Source: an uncultured Spirochaetota bacterium (lineage in GTDB: Bacteria; Spirochaetota; Spirochaetia; SZUA-6; Fen-1364). From it: a DNA stretch of 64,000 nucleotides. The notes beneath the pieces were generated by a model. The model was given only the letters and a program-made list of their open reading frames with translations, was not told where the DNA came from and searched no databases. This document shows, piece after piece, positions 19,176-29,700 of this stretch. The DNA is taken from positions 192,001 to 256,000 of the forward strand of contig CAWAHW010000006.1 of NCBI GenBank assembly GCA_963781885.1, given 5' to 3'. Every line of letters begins with the position of its first letter. Positions within the stretch are counted from its first letter, which is position 1. The position numbers and the translations under genes were made by a program.

Positions 19176-19430
19176 TCAGAGAAACCGAACCCCTGTCCAG
19201 ATGTTTTCGCCAGACGCCATTGCGACGAGATGGGTGCCGTCAGAGCAGGAGGCGATTGAAAAACGTGTCCTTGCCCTGCGGTGATTTGGCAGTCCAGACA
19301 AACGACAGAGAGGATGCGCTTCAAATAGGAGTGCGACTGACTATTCTCCCCACATGGGGGCTGCAAAAAGTGGGACATCTCGAAAATCCGCGAGAATGAT
19401 CGTTATGGCCAGGGCGGGAAGCTTTTTCAT
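19176..19430 (-). pseudogene. Degenerate remnant of a secreted beta-propeller-repeat protein
   Basis: AGGAGG RBS and ATG 19430, MKKLPALAITIILA signal-like start, in-frame TAG at 19341-19343. The same frame later reads SIASCSDGTHLVAMASGENIWTG, which resembles a propeller-blade repeat (SIASSSDGTKLxAxxxGGxIYTS). Confidence 0.45.
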
Positions 19431-19677
19431 TTTACCTCCTGAATATTATCAATCTTCGAAATAAGATACCACATCGCTATTATGTACAAGCAATTCTGTC
19501 AAGGCAATCGCCAGTCAAGCTCTAGCGAGAGAAAACCCCATGCACGCGAAAAAGGCCTCCTGCTGATGTGACTGGCCATTTCAAGGTGCAGGACCGGATC
19601 CACAGAATAGCTAGGTGATATAAAAATCCCACTTGCGCCGCGGTTCGAGTCGTGATATGTAGTGATCAGTCTGAAAA

Positions 19678-20373
19678 GTGAGATTTAGAAACGTGAAGTG
19701 TTGCGCGGGCTCTGCGACTTTTTCTGCCCGGATACTCCTCATTGCCGGCGCGATGTGCGCGCCTCTCATCTTGCTCGCCTGTCCGTCCCCGGGCATACCC
19801 CAAGAGGCGCTTTCACAGTACATGCAGGGCGAAGACTTCTACGTGCGGGGCCAGATTGAAGCGGGGCTTGCAATCTTCAGCCGTGTTGCGCGTCAGCAGC
19901 CGCGCTTCTATCAGGCGCGTTTCATGCAGGGCAAATCGTTGTACATGCTCAATCGGCCCGCGGAAGCCGAGCAGGTGCTCGATGATCTGCTCCGTCGCGA
20001 GCCCCGCTATCACGAGGCAAGTATCTGGCTGGCGCGAATAGAAATCCAACGTGGAGAAACGGCTGCCGCGGAAAAGGGGCTCGTGGATCTCCTGAGCTAC
20101 GATTCACAGGACGCGCGCCTGCTGTACCTCCTTGCTCTCGTGAAAACAGACCAAGGCAGGCTGCAGGAGGCCTTGACGCTCCTCGAGCGGGCAGGCGCAA
20201 CCGAGGAGGATCTCGCGCAGGTCCATCTCGAGCTCGGCCGTCTGTATTACCGGTTCGGGCTCAACGACAAGGCGCACGAGGAGCTCGCGAGGGTCCTGCT
20301 GTTCCTGCCCCCGACGAGTCCTTTGCACCGAGCCGTCGGTGAGCTGCTCTCCCAGGTCAAGGCAAAGGAGTGA
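19678..20373 (+). CDS. TPR-repeat lipoprotein
   Basis: Lipobox ILLA-C. TPR helices such as ARFMQGKSLYMLNRPAEAEQVL and VHLELGRLYYRFGLNDKAHEEL. Exact start uncertain. Confidence 0.8.
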   Translation: MRFRNVKCCAGSATFSARILLIAGAMCAPLILLACPSPGIPQEALSQYMQGEDFYVRGQIEAGLAIFSRVARQQPRFYQARFMQGKSLYMLNRPAEAEQVLDDLLRREPRYHEASIWLARIEIQRGETAAAEKGLVDLLSYDSQDARLLYLLALVKTDQGRLQEALTLLERAGATEEDLAQVHLELGRLYYRFGLNDKAHEELARVLLFLPPTSPLHRAVGELLSQVKAKE

Positions 20374-20376
20374 CGC

Positions 20377-20931
20377 ATGATCAAACAGATTGGGGTGCGA
20401 TGGATCGTCCTTCTCTGCATGATGCCGGCAGCGCTCATTTCCTGTGCGACGGTACGGGAGAAAACCGAGTCGTACATCCTGGCGGACGAGCCGCCCCTTA
20501 CGCGGCCCATGGATGCATGGCTGCGGACGCTAGAGATCGTGTCGGACAATCTCCCGCTCTCGGAGGACTATGCCCTCATCCGCGACTCACTTGCGGCCAT
20601 CGCTTCCCGGCATGGGTTTCTCCTGTCATCGATGCAGGCAAGCCAGCCGTACGTGTTTGACCTCGTGGTCCACGAGCGCTCCTATGCGGTGGACCTCGAG
20701 TCAAAAAGCTCGGTCATGGCGGTCCTGAATGTGACCTCTTCATCCGACGGCATTCACCCCAAGGCGCGTGTGGTCTATTCAGCAGTGACGGGGGATTCCA
20801 TCGTGTCGCTGTACCAGGTCGGGGAAGTTGCGGAAAAGATATTCAGCTCCCTGGCTGCGACGCTCGCCGACGGGGAGGCAAAAGCAAAGAGCAAGGCCCT
20901 GGCGGACGCGCGGGCCGGCTCGGCTCCGTGA
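20377..20931 (+). CDS. Hypothetical lipoprotein
   Basis: AAGGAG RBS and lipobox ALIS-C. Starts 3 nt after the TPR gene. Confidence 0.7.
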   Translation: MIKQIGVRWIVLLCMMPAALISCATVREKTESYILADEPPLTRPMDAWLRTLEIVSDNLPLSEDYALIRDSLAAIASRHGFLLSSMQASQPYVFDLVVHERSYAVDLESKSSVMAVLNVTSSSDGIHPKARVVYSAVTGDSIVSLYQVGEVAEKIFSSLAATLADGEAKAKSKALADARAGSAP

Positions 20932-20941
20932 GCGCTCCACG

Positions 20942-22330
20942 ATGAGGGTCGGTTGCATGCTGCTTCTGCTGGTGTCGATCGACGCACTGCTTTCCGCGCA
21001 ATCGGCACCCCCGCTGTCCCTGACACTGGCGCAGGCGGAGAATCTCGCCCTTTCGAGCGCGGATGCCCTTCGCATTCAGGACTTGAAGATACGGTCGTCG
21101 GCCCGACGACTGGCGCTCGGCGTCCGAGACTACCTTCCGCAGATTGAGCTCGGCTTCTCCACCGCGGACACCGTGAATCTTGTCGCGCAGGACGCCCTGT
21201 CGAAACAACTGAGCCTCACCGTGCGGGAGCCGATCTACAACGGCGGTCGCGCCTCGTCTCAAAGATCGCTCGCCCGCGTGCAGCTCATTCTGACGCAGCA
21301 TGGTGCAGCCGTCGCCCGTGAAGACGTCTTGAATGATGTCTGGGACAAATTTCACCAGGTTCTCGTGCTCCAATCCCAGCGCGCGGTAAAGCTGGACGCC
21401 CTGACGCAATCGCGGCAACAGCTCGCGATCGCCCGAACGGAGCGCGGCCTGGGAATGATCCGCGAGATCGACTTGCTGGACGTCGAGCTTACCGTGAGCA
21501 ATCAGGAGATCGATCTCCAGTCAACCGAAACAGATATCGACAACGCGTTGTATGCGTTGAAAAAAGCCATCGGATTGTCCCCGGGCCAGGACCTCTCGCT
21601 GGAAGGCAGGATCGACTCCGATTATGAAGGAATTTCGATCGAGCAGCCGGTGTCGGAGCTCTTTGCGATCGCGCAGCGGAACAACCTCGACGTGCAGTCG
21701 GCCGGGTACAAGGTGAACCAGATGGAGGCCCAGCTTGCCCTGGCGCGCAGCAGTTTCCTTCCGCAGATTGCTGCAAATCTCTCACTCTCGGTCGCTGGGC
21801 CCGACTTCCCCCTTCAAACCCCGTCCGTGATGCTCGGCTTGGATATCTCGTTCCCCGACGCCGCCGCGCCCGTGAAGGGGAGTGCCTCGGGCGGCGTCAC
21901 AGGTCCCACGGCCACGACGCGCGACACTTCCGTCACGATTGATCCCCTGCAGGCGGTGACGGGAGGCCTCGATGAGCGCGACGCGCGGCTGCAGTTGGAG
22001 GAAGCGCGTGTGGCAATGCGGGCGCTCACCCGGGACCTGGACTTCCAGATCGGCCAGTCGATCTCCACCTACCGGCGTCACGCGACGACCATTGCGCTAG
22101 AGCGTCAGGCTCGGGATCTGCAGCAGAGGAAGCTCAAGGTCCTCGCGCAGCAGGTGTCAGACGGATCGGCGACGCGCGTGGACTATTTGAAGCAGCAGAC
22201 GGAAGCCGCAGACCAGGAAGTGCAACTGCTGTCGGACATCCTCTCGCTCATTCGAGACGAAAGGACCCTGGAACGTCTCATCGGTCTGGAACCGGGTGGA
22301 CTTGACCAGCCGGCGCGGAGTGGGTCATGA
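20942..22330 (+). CDS. TolC family outer-membrane channel
   Basis: Signal peptide, LSLTLAQAENLAL, YLPQIELGFS, LTVREPIYNGGR and a second OEP repeat (ARSSFLPQIAANLS). Confidence 0.9.
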   Translation: MRVGCMLLLLVSIDALLSAQSAPPLSLTLAQAENLALSSADALRIQDLKIRSSARRLALGVRDYLPQIELGFSTADTVNLVAQDALSKQLSLTVREPIYNGGRASSQRSLARVQLILTQHGAAVAREDVLNDVWDKFHQVLVLQSQRAVKLDALTQSRQQLAIARTERGLGMIREIDLLDVELTVSNQEIDLQSTETDIDNALYALKKAIGLSPGQDLSLEGRIDSDYEGISIEQPVSELFAIAQRNNLDVQSAGYKVNQMEAQLALARSSFLPQIAANLSLSVAGPDFPLQTPSVMLGLDISFPDAAAPVKGSASGGVTGPTATTRDTSVTIDPLQAVTGGLDERDARLQLEEARVAMRALTRDLDFQIGQSISTYRRHATTIALERQARDLQQRKLKVLAQQVSDGSATRVDYLKQQTEAADQEVQLLSDILSLIRDERTLERLIGLEPGGLDQPARSGS

Positions 22331-23706
22331 GAACGGGCGCCGCGGCGGTGGGCTTCCTTGCGTGCAGCCTGGTGACTTTCTTCGCTCTCCTGTCGTGCAG
22401 CAGGGGAAATACGCGCAATGCCGACCCGGCCGCGGCGCAGACAATTCCGGTGAAAGTCCTTGTCGCGGTCAAGGAGCCTTTCACGCCCGAGCTGCGCAGC
22501 TTTGGCAGCATTTCCTACCGATCCAAGGCCGACATTGCAACGACGGTGGACGGTACGGTGAATAGTCTTGCCGTCGATGAAGGGGATCACGTCAAGGCAG
22601 GCGCCCTGCTTGCCCAATTGGAGAATGTGCAGCTTTCCATCAGGAAGAGCCAGGCGGAATCGCAGCTGGTCGCCGCGCAGGCGGCCGTGGAGCTTGCCCG
22701 CGCGCAGCTTTGGGAAGGAAAGCAACAGGTCGAGGCGCGGATGCTCTCGCTGAAAAAGACGCAGCTCGACATCGACCAGAAGAAGCGCGAATGCGACGAT
22801 CTCGGTGCCACCCTGGCGAGCCGGGAGGAGCTCTTCAAGGTGGACGGCATCAGTGAAGAGCAGCTTCAGTCGCTTCGCCTTCAACATCAATCTGCAGAGA
22901 CGACCTACGAGGGGTTGCTCACCGACTACGCCATCAACAACATCGGGCTGCGCGACCAGGACATCCTCGCGGCCGGCATGGCGGTTCCGACCCGGGAGCC
23001 CGATCGCGTCGCCCTTCTCGTCACGATCAACGTCCAGACGCTCCAGGCGCAGCTGGATTCTGCGACGGCTGGCCTGCAAACGGCGAAGTCGGATCTCCAG
23101 GCCGCGAGCGCTCTCGTGGATGAGATGAGCATTACCTCCCCGGTTGCGGGCATCATCGGCGCCCGTCAGTGCGGAGTGGGGGAGAGGCTGCGGACGGGCG
23201 ACAAGCTTTTCACGATAATCGACGATGCCCAGCTCTATGCCGTTTTTCTCGCTGCAGAAGACCGCGCCATGGGACTGAGCGAAGGGATGCCCGTCGAAGT
23301 CGAAGTGCCCGCGCTGGGAAATCGTCTCTATCGATCCCGCATCTCCATCGTCTCGCCATTGCTCGATCCGCAGTCCGGCAACCTCACCGTTCGCGCGCTC
23401 CTCGCCAATCAGGCCGGCGGCCTGAAGCCCGGCCTTTTCATTCGGGTGCGTGTTCAGACGGGAGAAACGCGTCAGGCCATCCTCATTCCCCTTTCGGCCA
23501 TCGTAGGGAGGAACGGAAAGGACGGCTCTGTCTATGTCGTCCGCGATGGACGCAGCTTCCGCCGGCCTGTCGTGCTCCGGCTCGACACGGAAGGTCAGTC
23601 GCCGGGCAAGCTGGAGGTTGAAAGCGGAATCGGCGCCGGGGATCGGGTGGTCGATGAGCCGTCGCCAATGCTCCAGGACGGGGGAGACGTCCGTGAGACA
23701 CAGTGA
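22327..23706 (+). CDS. RND/HlyD family periplasmic adaptor (membrane fusion protein) with long alpha-hairpin
   Basis: Lipobox LLS-C. Lipoyl halves VDGTVNSLAVDEGDHVKAGALLAQL and ITSPVAGII. Also LDPQSGNLTVRA and LKPGLF. ATGA overlap with TolC. Confidence 0.9.
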   Translation: MRTGAAAVGFLACSLVTFFALLSCSRGNTRNADPAAAQTIPVKVLVAVKEPFTPELRSFGSISYRSKADIATTVDGTVNSLAVDEGDHVKAGALLAQLENVQLSIRKSQAESQLVAAQAAVELARAQLWEGKQQVEARMLSLKKTQLDIDQKKRECDDLGATLASREELFKVDGISEEQLQSLRLQHQSAETTYEGLLTDYAINNIGLRDQDILAAGMAVPTREPDRVALLVTINVQTLQAQLDSATAGLQTAKSDLQAASALVDEMSITSPVAGIIGARQCGVGERLRTGDKLFTIIDDAQLYAVFLAAEDRAMGLSEGMPVEVEVPALGNRLYRSRISIVSPLLDPQSGNLTVRALLANQAGGLKPGLFIRVRVQTGETRQAILIPLSAIVGRNGKDGSVYVVRDGRSFRRPVVLRLDTEGQSPGKLEVESGIGAGDRVVDEPSPMLQDGGDVRETQ

Positions 23707-23739
23707 AGACGCGATGATGCGTCCGCGGAGGCGGTAACG

Positions 23740-25224
23740 GTGAAAGGAAAGGCGGCGCTTTTTGCACGAGTGGCGATGCTCGCGCTTGCGGTCTTCACCT
23801 TCGCCGACTGCGCCCTGATCGACCTGCGCGGATTTCCTGTCACGACATGGCCCGCCGTCCCGGAAGCCGTTGTGCCATCGGCGCAGAACGTGTGGGTGCA
23901 ATTCTCAGAACCGGTCGACCATGCGGTTGTCGAGCCGCTCATCGCGGTAACAGCGGCTGGGCAGAGCGTGGCGGGGGACTTTGCATGGAATTCCAACCAG
24001 GTGATCTTCACCCCCGTCAAGCCCTTCGCGCCCGGCGTGCGCCACGTTCTCAGCCTCCAGGGAACAATCAGGACAATCGCCGGACGTATGTTCGACGAGA
24101 GAATCATCGTCCCTTTCTATGTCGGCACCGACGCCCCGCCGCCGATCATTTCAGCCGTCACGCCGGCGGAGGGCGCCATCATCGGACGGTCCGCAACGCT
24201 GTCGCTGGGATTCTCCGAACCGATGGACAAGGAATGTTTCCGCGACGCCTTCAGCGTGAGCCCGGCGTCGGATTTTACGCTGGCGTGGAATGCGGATTGC
24301 ACGACCGTCACGATTTCTCCCCGCGAGCGCTGGATCGCGGAGACCCTCTACGCTTGGAGCGTCGCGAGCGCATGCAAGTCTCTGACAGGAGTCGCTGTCG
24401 CGAGGGTCTGGTCCGGCACCTTCCTTGTCCAGAACGACCCTTCCTCTCCTTCCGTGCTCCCGCCGGGGCGAGCCCTGGTTTCGGCCTCCCTGGTCTCGCC
24501 GCTGCCGGGGGGCCTCTCCGATCTGCTCCGCGGGGACTGCATCATGCTCGCCTTCTCAAAAGACGTCGATCTTTCGACCCTTGAAGCCGCCTTCTCGCTC
24601 TCTCCGGCCGTCATCGGAAGCTTGCGGAAGGTCTCAGCCGGTATTTTTGTCTTCGTGCCGGCAGAGGATTGGAGGATGGGGCAGGAGTATGTCCTGACCA
24701 TCACCACGGATCTGGAAGATCTGGCGGGCAATCCCCTTCCGTCCCCCTTTCGGCAGGTGTTCACCCCTGCCATTCCTGCGCAGACGGTTTGCGAAATCGA
24801 TCTGGTGGGCAACCTGACCGATACGCCCGTCTACGCAACCTCGGCGTTGAACAACAGCGTCCCTTATCTCCTCCATTGGACGGTGGGAGCGCCGCCGGAC
24901 GACGCGCTGGCGCTCACGATCACGTTACGCTTCAGCGAGCCTTATGATGACGCTCACAAGCCGATCATTGCGGGTGCGATCCGTCTCGACGGCTTTTTCC
25001 CCGAGTCCGTCATCAGCCCCCAGGTGACACAGGTGGGCTGGACCGGCCCGCGGACGGTGAACATTTCCTATACCGGTTTTACTCGCAGCGCAGACAGCCC
25101 TTCGCGTGAACGCATCTACTATCGGCTCAGCATACCGTCGGGGCCCGAGCAGACAGGCACCTTTGACGGCTCGTTTCTGTCGGATCCGGTCACGCTCCTG
25201 CTCGAATCGGGGTCCGACTCATGA
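23740..25224 (+). CDS. Ig-like (Big_5/SbsA-type) multi-domain lipoprotein
   Basis: Signal ending FAD-C. Repeated Big_5 motifs VQFSEPVD, LGFSEPMD, LAFSKDVD and DLEDLAGNPL. Confidence 0.8.
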   Translation: MKGKAALFARVAMLALAVFTFADCALIDLRGFPVTTWPAVPEAVVPSAQNVWVQFSEPVDHAVVEPLIAVTAAGQSVAGDFAWNSNQVIFTPVKPFAPGVRHVLSLQGTIRTIAGRMFDERIIVPFYVGTDAPPPIISAVTPAEGAIIGRSATLSLGFSEPMDKECFRDAFSVSPASDFTLAWNADCTTVTISPRERWIAETLYAWSVASACKSLTGVAVARVWSGTFLVQNDPSSPSVLPPGRALVSASLVSPLPGGLSDLLRGDCIMLAFSKDVDLSTLEAAFSLSPAVIGSLRKVSAGIFVFVPAEDWRMGQEYVLTITTDLEDLAGNPLPSPFRQVFTPAIPAQTVCEIDLVGNLTDTPVYATSALNNSVPYLLHWTVGAPPDDALALTITLRFSEPYDDAHKPIIAGAIRLDGFFPESVISPQVTQVGWTGPRTVNISYTGFTRSADSPSRERIYYRLSIPSGPEQTGTFDGSFLSDPVTLLLESGSDS

Positions 25225-26744
25225 GCATGCCGCGGACGGCCCGCTCTCTCATCGTCTCTATCGTTCTGGCTGTCGTTCTTCTCCTCCTGCAGACGGGCAC
25301 TTCTTGCGTCCTCCTGGACATGAGCCCGCTCACCATTACGTCCTGGACACCGCAGGATGAACGGCTTGGCACCGTGAGCGGCGTGACGATACAAGTCCGC
25401 TTTTCACGGCTCGCCAACAAGCAGCTCGCCCAACAGGCCTTTTCAATCACGGGGGACGGCCAAAATGTCGAGGGTCGCTTCCTCTGGCCGGATGACCAGA
25501 CACTCCAGTTCGTTCCCGATGAGCCGCTGGAAGATTTCGTCATTTATCAGATGCGAGTTTCAGGGCAGGCTGAGGATACCCAGGGCCGGGACCTTCGCCC
25601 GGAGTTCGCGCATACATTCACCACAAAGAGCGACTACACACGCCCGACGGTATCCGCGATTGCCCCTGTCGACTATCAGAGCGTCGCGGACCAGCTGACC
25701 CCCGTTTCGATTGTCTTCAGCGAGCCAATGGATCGCGCCTCCCTGATCGCGGCATTCGCCATCGCCCCCGCGGTCCGTGGTCTCCTTTCTTTGAGCCCCG
25801 ACGGCAGAACGCTCACATTCACGCCGACCGAGCGGCTGCAATGGCAAACACGCTACATGATCACCATCGCCCGGAGCGCCGCCGACATTCAACGCAACGC
25901 GTTGGGAGCGGACTATACCTCGCATCTGTTCGTCGGAACAGAAAGCGTCGCCCCTTCAATCCTCTCTCTGCAGAGCGCTGATGGCACGCTCATCCTTTCG
26001 GCCGACGACCCAACCGACGCTGTGATGACCGTTGCATCCGGCTGGGAATCCACGGAGGGGCTCGTCGTGACATTCTCGGAGCCGGTGCTCACGAGCAGCG
26101 CATCCGCTGCCGTTCAGATTTCTCCGAGCGTTCCCAGCACGATCCGCGAGGCGAACAGCGAGTTTACCTCCACGCTTACGTACTCCTTCCCCGACCGGCT
26201 TGTCTACGGTGTCACCTACACCGTAAGCACCGTGCCGGGGGTGCAGGACGCCCAGGGAAACAAATCGATCGGGCAGGCTGCGTACCATTTCCTCGTTGAT
26301 GGGGCCGCAACAACGCCTCCAGTGATTACCCGCATATGCTACCCGGAAGGGACGGGAGACCCCGCGAATAATGTCACGCTTGTCGCGTACGACTCCCTTA
26401 CGCTTCCTCCCCTCACGGCGGGGGAGGTGGATTCCTTCTTCGATGTGTACGTCGACCTGGCACCGGGAGCGGCGCTCGATCCTTTTTCGATCGCGAAGGC
26501 CTTCAGCGTGTCGACGACGAACAACGCGGCGACGTTCGCTTCCTTTGCGGTCGAGGTGGGCCCCGCGCAGACGAACCCCGCTCCGAGGGCAACCGTGAAC
26601 GAGCTTGTTGCCCGGGTCTGGGTCCACGTCACGAACAATGCCTCATCGGGGCAGGTCGTGATCCATGTTTCGACCGATCTCAAGGACAACCGGGGAACGG
26701 CGCTCGCGCGGGAGCTCCTCCTGCCCTTGAACGATCCCGACTGA
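25221..26744 (+). CDS. Ig-like (Big_5/SbsA-type) multi-domain lipoprotein
   Basis: Signal ending GTS-C. Motifs IVFSEPMD, SPDGRTLTFTP, AADIQRNAL, VTFSEPV and VQDAQGN. ATGA overlap with the previous gene. Confidence 0.8.
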   Translation: MSMPRTARSLIVSIVLAVVLLLLQTGTSCVLLDMSPLTITSWTPQDERLGTVSGVTIQVRFSRLANKQLAQQAFSITGDGQNVEGRFLWPDDQTLQFVPDEPLEDFVIYQMRVSGQAEDTQGRDLRPEFAHTFTTKSDYTRPTVSAIAPVDYQSVADQLTPVSIVFSEPMDRASLIAAFAIAPAVRGLLSLSPDGRTLTFTPTERLQWQTRYMITIARSAADIQRNALGADYTSHLFVGTESVAPSILSLQSADGTLILSADDPTDAVMTVASGWESTEGLVVTFSEPVLTSSASAAVQISPSVPSTIREANSEFTSTLTYSFPDRLVYGVTYTVSTVPGVQDAQGNKSIGQAAYHFLVDGAATTPPVITRICYPEGTGDPANNVTLVAYDSLTLPPLTAGEVDSFFDVYVDLAPGAALDPFSIAKAFSVSTTNNAATFASFAVEVGPAQTNPAPRATVNELVARVWVHVTNNASSGQVVIHVSTDLKDNRGTALARELLLPLNDPD

Positions 26745-26745
26745 G

Positions 26746-29700
26746 ATGAAAGCGAGCGCGAACGGCACGGCCTTGCTGGAGACGTGGTTCCGACGGAAGG
26801 CGACGATTGTCTCCGTCCTGCTTATCCTCCTCGTCCTCCTGGTTGCCGCGTTGCGCTCGCTCCAGTTTGGTCCCTCCTGCGCCGTCGGACCGGCTGTTTT
26901 CTCCGTGTCGATGGAATACTTCGGTGTCGATGCGGAGGAGATGGAGCGCCTGGTCACCGTGCCACTGGAAGATGCGATTGCCGCCCTTTCCGGAATGCAG
27001 CGCCTGCGTTCCACCTCGGAATACGGCAAAAGCGTCGTGGAGGTGACCCTTTCTCCGACAACGGCTCCTGACCGTTTCTACCTTGCATTGCGCGACGCGG
27101 TGAACGGCCTCTCGGCCACGCTGCCGAAGGCGGTACAACGGCCGGAAATCCAGAGCGCCGCCAACGACCAGCGGCCTTTTTTCATCGCAACGGTTCTCGC
27201 TCCGGGGGCTACCCTCGATGAAACCCGCGACCTCGTCGAGTTGACGGTGAAGCCTGCCCTCAAGCGGATCGACGGGGTGGGGGAGCTGGAGGTCGGCGGG
27301 GGAAGCCAGCTCGAGGTCCACCTCGTCGTCGACCAGAAAAAGGCGGTCGCCGCCGGCCTTTCCTTCGACGCGATCGCGTCGGCGCTCCAGGCCGCCTATG
27401 TCTCTCGACCCATCGGTCGGCTGCGCGCGGCCGGGTTCGACACGCCCATCATCCTCGATGGCCGCTTCGACTCGCTTTGCGCGCTCGCCGATCTCTGCCT
27501 CAGTCTTGGAGACGACAGATTCGTCCGCCTGGGGGATATTGCCGACGTCACGTACGGCGGCCGCGAGCAGGACACCATCAGCCGCATCGACCAGGAGCAG
27601 AGGGTGACGCTTTTCATCAAGAGCGCCGGGACCGCCAACGTCGTCGCGGTGAGCAAAGCTCTCAGACGCAGGATCGCGGAACTGTCCTCTCGCCATCTGT
27701 CCTTTGACATCATCTACGATCTCGGTGCGGATCTCTCGGCGTCCATCGACGATGTGCTCTGGTCGCTTGCGGTCGCGATGGGGATCGTCGCGTTTTTTGT
27801 CGGTGTCGCTTTACGCCCCTTGCGGAATGCATGTCTCCTCACGGCATTCCTGCCGGTCGTTGTCCTGGCAGCTGCCGCCATCCTCTCATCGCTTGGCATC
27901 AGTGTGGACCACAACATTCTCGCCGGCATCGGCGTCGGGATCGGGATGATCGTGGATCCCGGCATCATCGTGCTGTCTTCGCTCGTGGCTGCGGGGCGAC
28001 CCGACGGCTCGCCCGCACGGGTCGTCAAGGAGCTGTTTTCCCCGCTTGTCGCCTCCACGGCCACAATGCTGATCGTCCTCATTCCCCTTCTCACCATGGG
28101 GCGCTCCATCAGCGGGCTGTCAGAAGTGTCGTACGCGCTTGCCCTCATGCTGGTCATTTCACTTTCACTCGCGGTTTTCTTCCTGCCGGCTTTTGCGAAA
28201 CGACGCGTCGTGACCGAGGGTGCGTGGTTTTCGACGGGCGGGCGGATCCCGTTCCTCGACCCTGAAAAGCTCCGACATCTGTCGCGTCGCGCGCGTCACA
28301 GCCTGGACGCGGTGGTTCTCTGGGCGGGCCTGCATTGCGGTGCCGTCCTGGCGGCAACGGCGCTCGTCTGCGGATTGGGGGTATTCGCCGCGTTCCGGAT
28401 GGACCTCGTCCTCACGCCGACCCCGGACGCGCATTCGATATTCGCGCACATTGAGTTCAAGAGCGGCACGAGCATCGACACGATTGACGAGCGCACGACC
28501 GCTTTGGCGCGCGTCATCGGCGCGATGCCGGGGGTGCGGCACGTGGAGTCAATTGCGCGCCGGGAAAGCAGCCAATTGACGATCACAACGACAGGCAGTC
28601 CGTCTGAGAATGCCGCCGTGCGTGCCGGCCTGACCCGGGCCGGCCTCCAGATGACCGACGCGTTCGTCTATCTGCCGGAAGGCATGGGTGACACCGACCA
28701 GGCGCTCGAGGTGAGCATCACGGGCGCGGACAACAACATGCTCCGGGAATGCGCGCGAAAAGTTGCGGAAATCCTCCGAGGCGCCTCCTGGGTGAGCCAG
28801 GTCGTCTTGAACTTCAAGGAGGGACCTCCGGCCTACGTCCTTTCCGTCGACCAGGAAGAGGTCTCTACCTATGGCCTCAGCACCGCCGACATCGCCGGCA
28901 CTTTGCGATGGAGCATGTATGGACCGGTGGCGTTGAAGTGGCTGGAACGCGATTCCCGCGAGATCGACCTGCGCATCCGAAGCCGCGCCGACGAACACGG
29001 AGATCTTGCCGCGATTCAACGAACGTCGATACTCGGCGCAGGGGGCCGGGCGGTCTCCGTGGCGAGACTCGGCACATTCGTGGCGGAACAGCCGCCGTCG
29101 CGGATTTTCCGTGCCGACCGACAGCGCGCCGTCTCGCTCACCGTCCACAGCGGGCTGCGCGACACAGGCCTCGTCCTGCGCAGTCTGGAATCGGCCCTCG
29201 CCGCCTTTCCCTTGCCTGCCGGGTATGCATTCCGCGTGGACAGGCTCATCTACGAACGACTCCGCCAGTTCCAGACCCTCGCAATGTTGCTGCTTGGCGC
29301 TTTGATGCTGGTCTTCATCACCCTCGCCACGCAAATGGAGTCCCTTTCGTCGCCGGTCCTCGTCATGTCGATCGTCCCGGTCTCGTTGTCCGTCCCCGTC
29401 GCATTCCTCTGGCTGATCCACGTCGGGATCGGCGTGTCGGTCATCGTCTCACTCATCATCATGACGGGCATCATCGTCAACAATGCCATCCTCATCCTGG
29501 ACCGGACACTCCGCCGCTGCGCCGCCCTGGAGAGCTTCAGCGCGGGGGAGGTGCGCCGGTCGCTGCGCTTCGCGGTGCGGCATCGCACCCGAGCGCTCCT
29601 CCTGACTTCGGCGGCCACAATTCTCGGCGTCACGCCATTTCTTTTCGGCGCCGTCGTCGGATCCGAGCTTTTCCGTCCCTTGGCTATCGTCGTTTTCTGG

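Noticed and set aside
19341-19343. TAG read-through (pyrrolysine or alternative genetic code)
   Set aside because: TAG terminates many intact genes in this window (for example mtgA and asd), and the ORF looks decayed.
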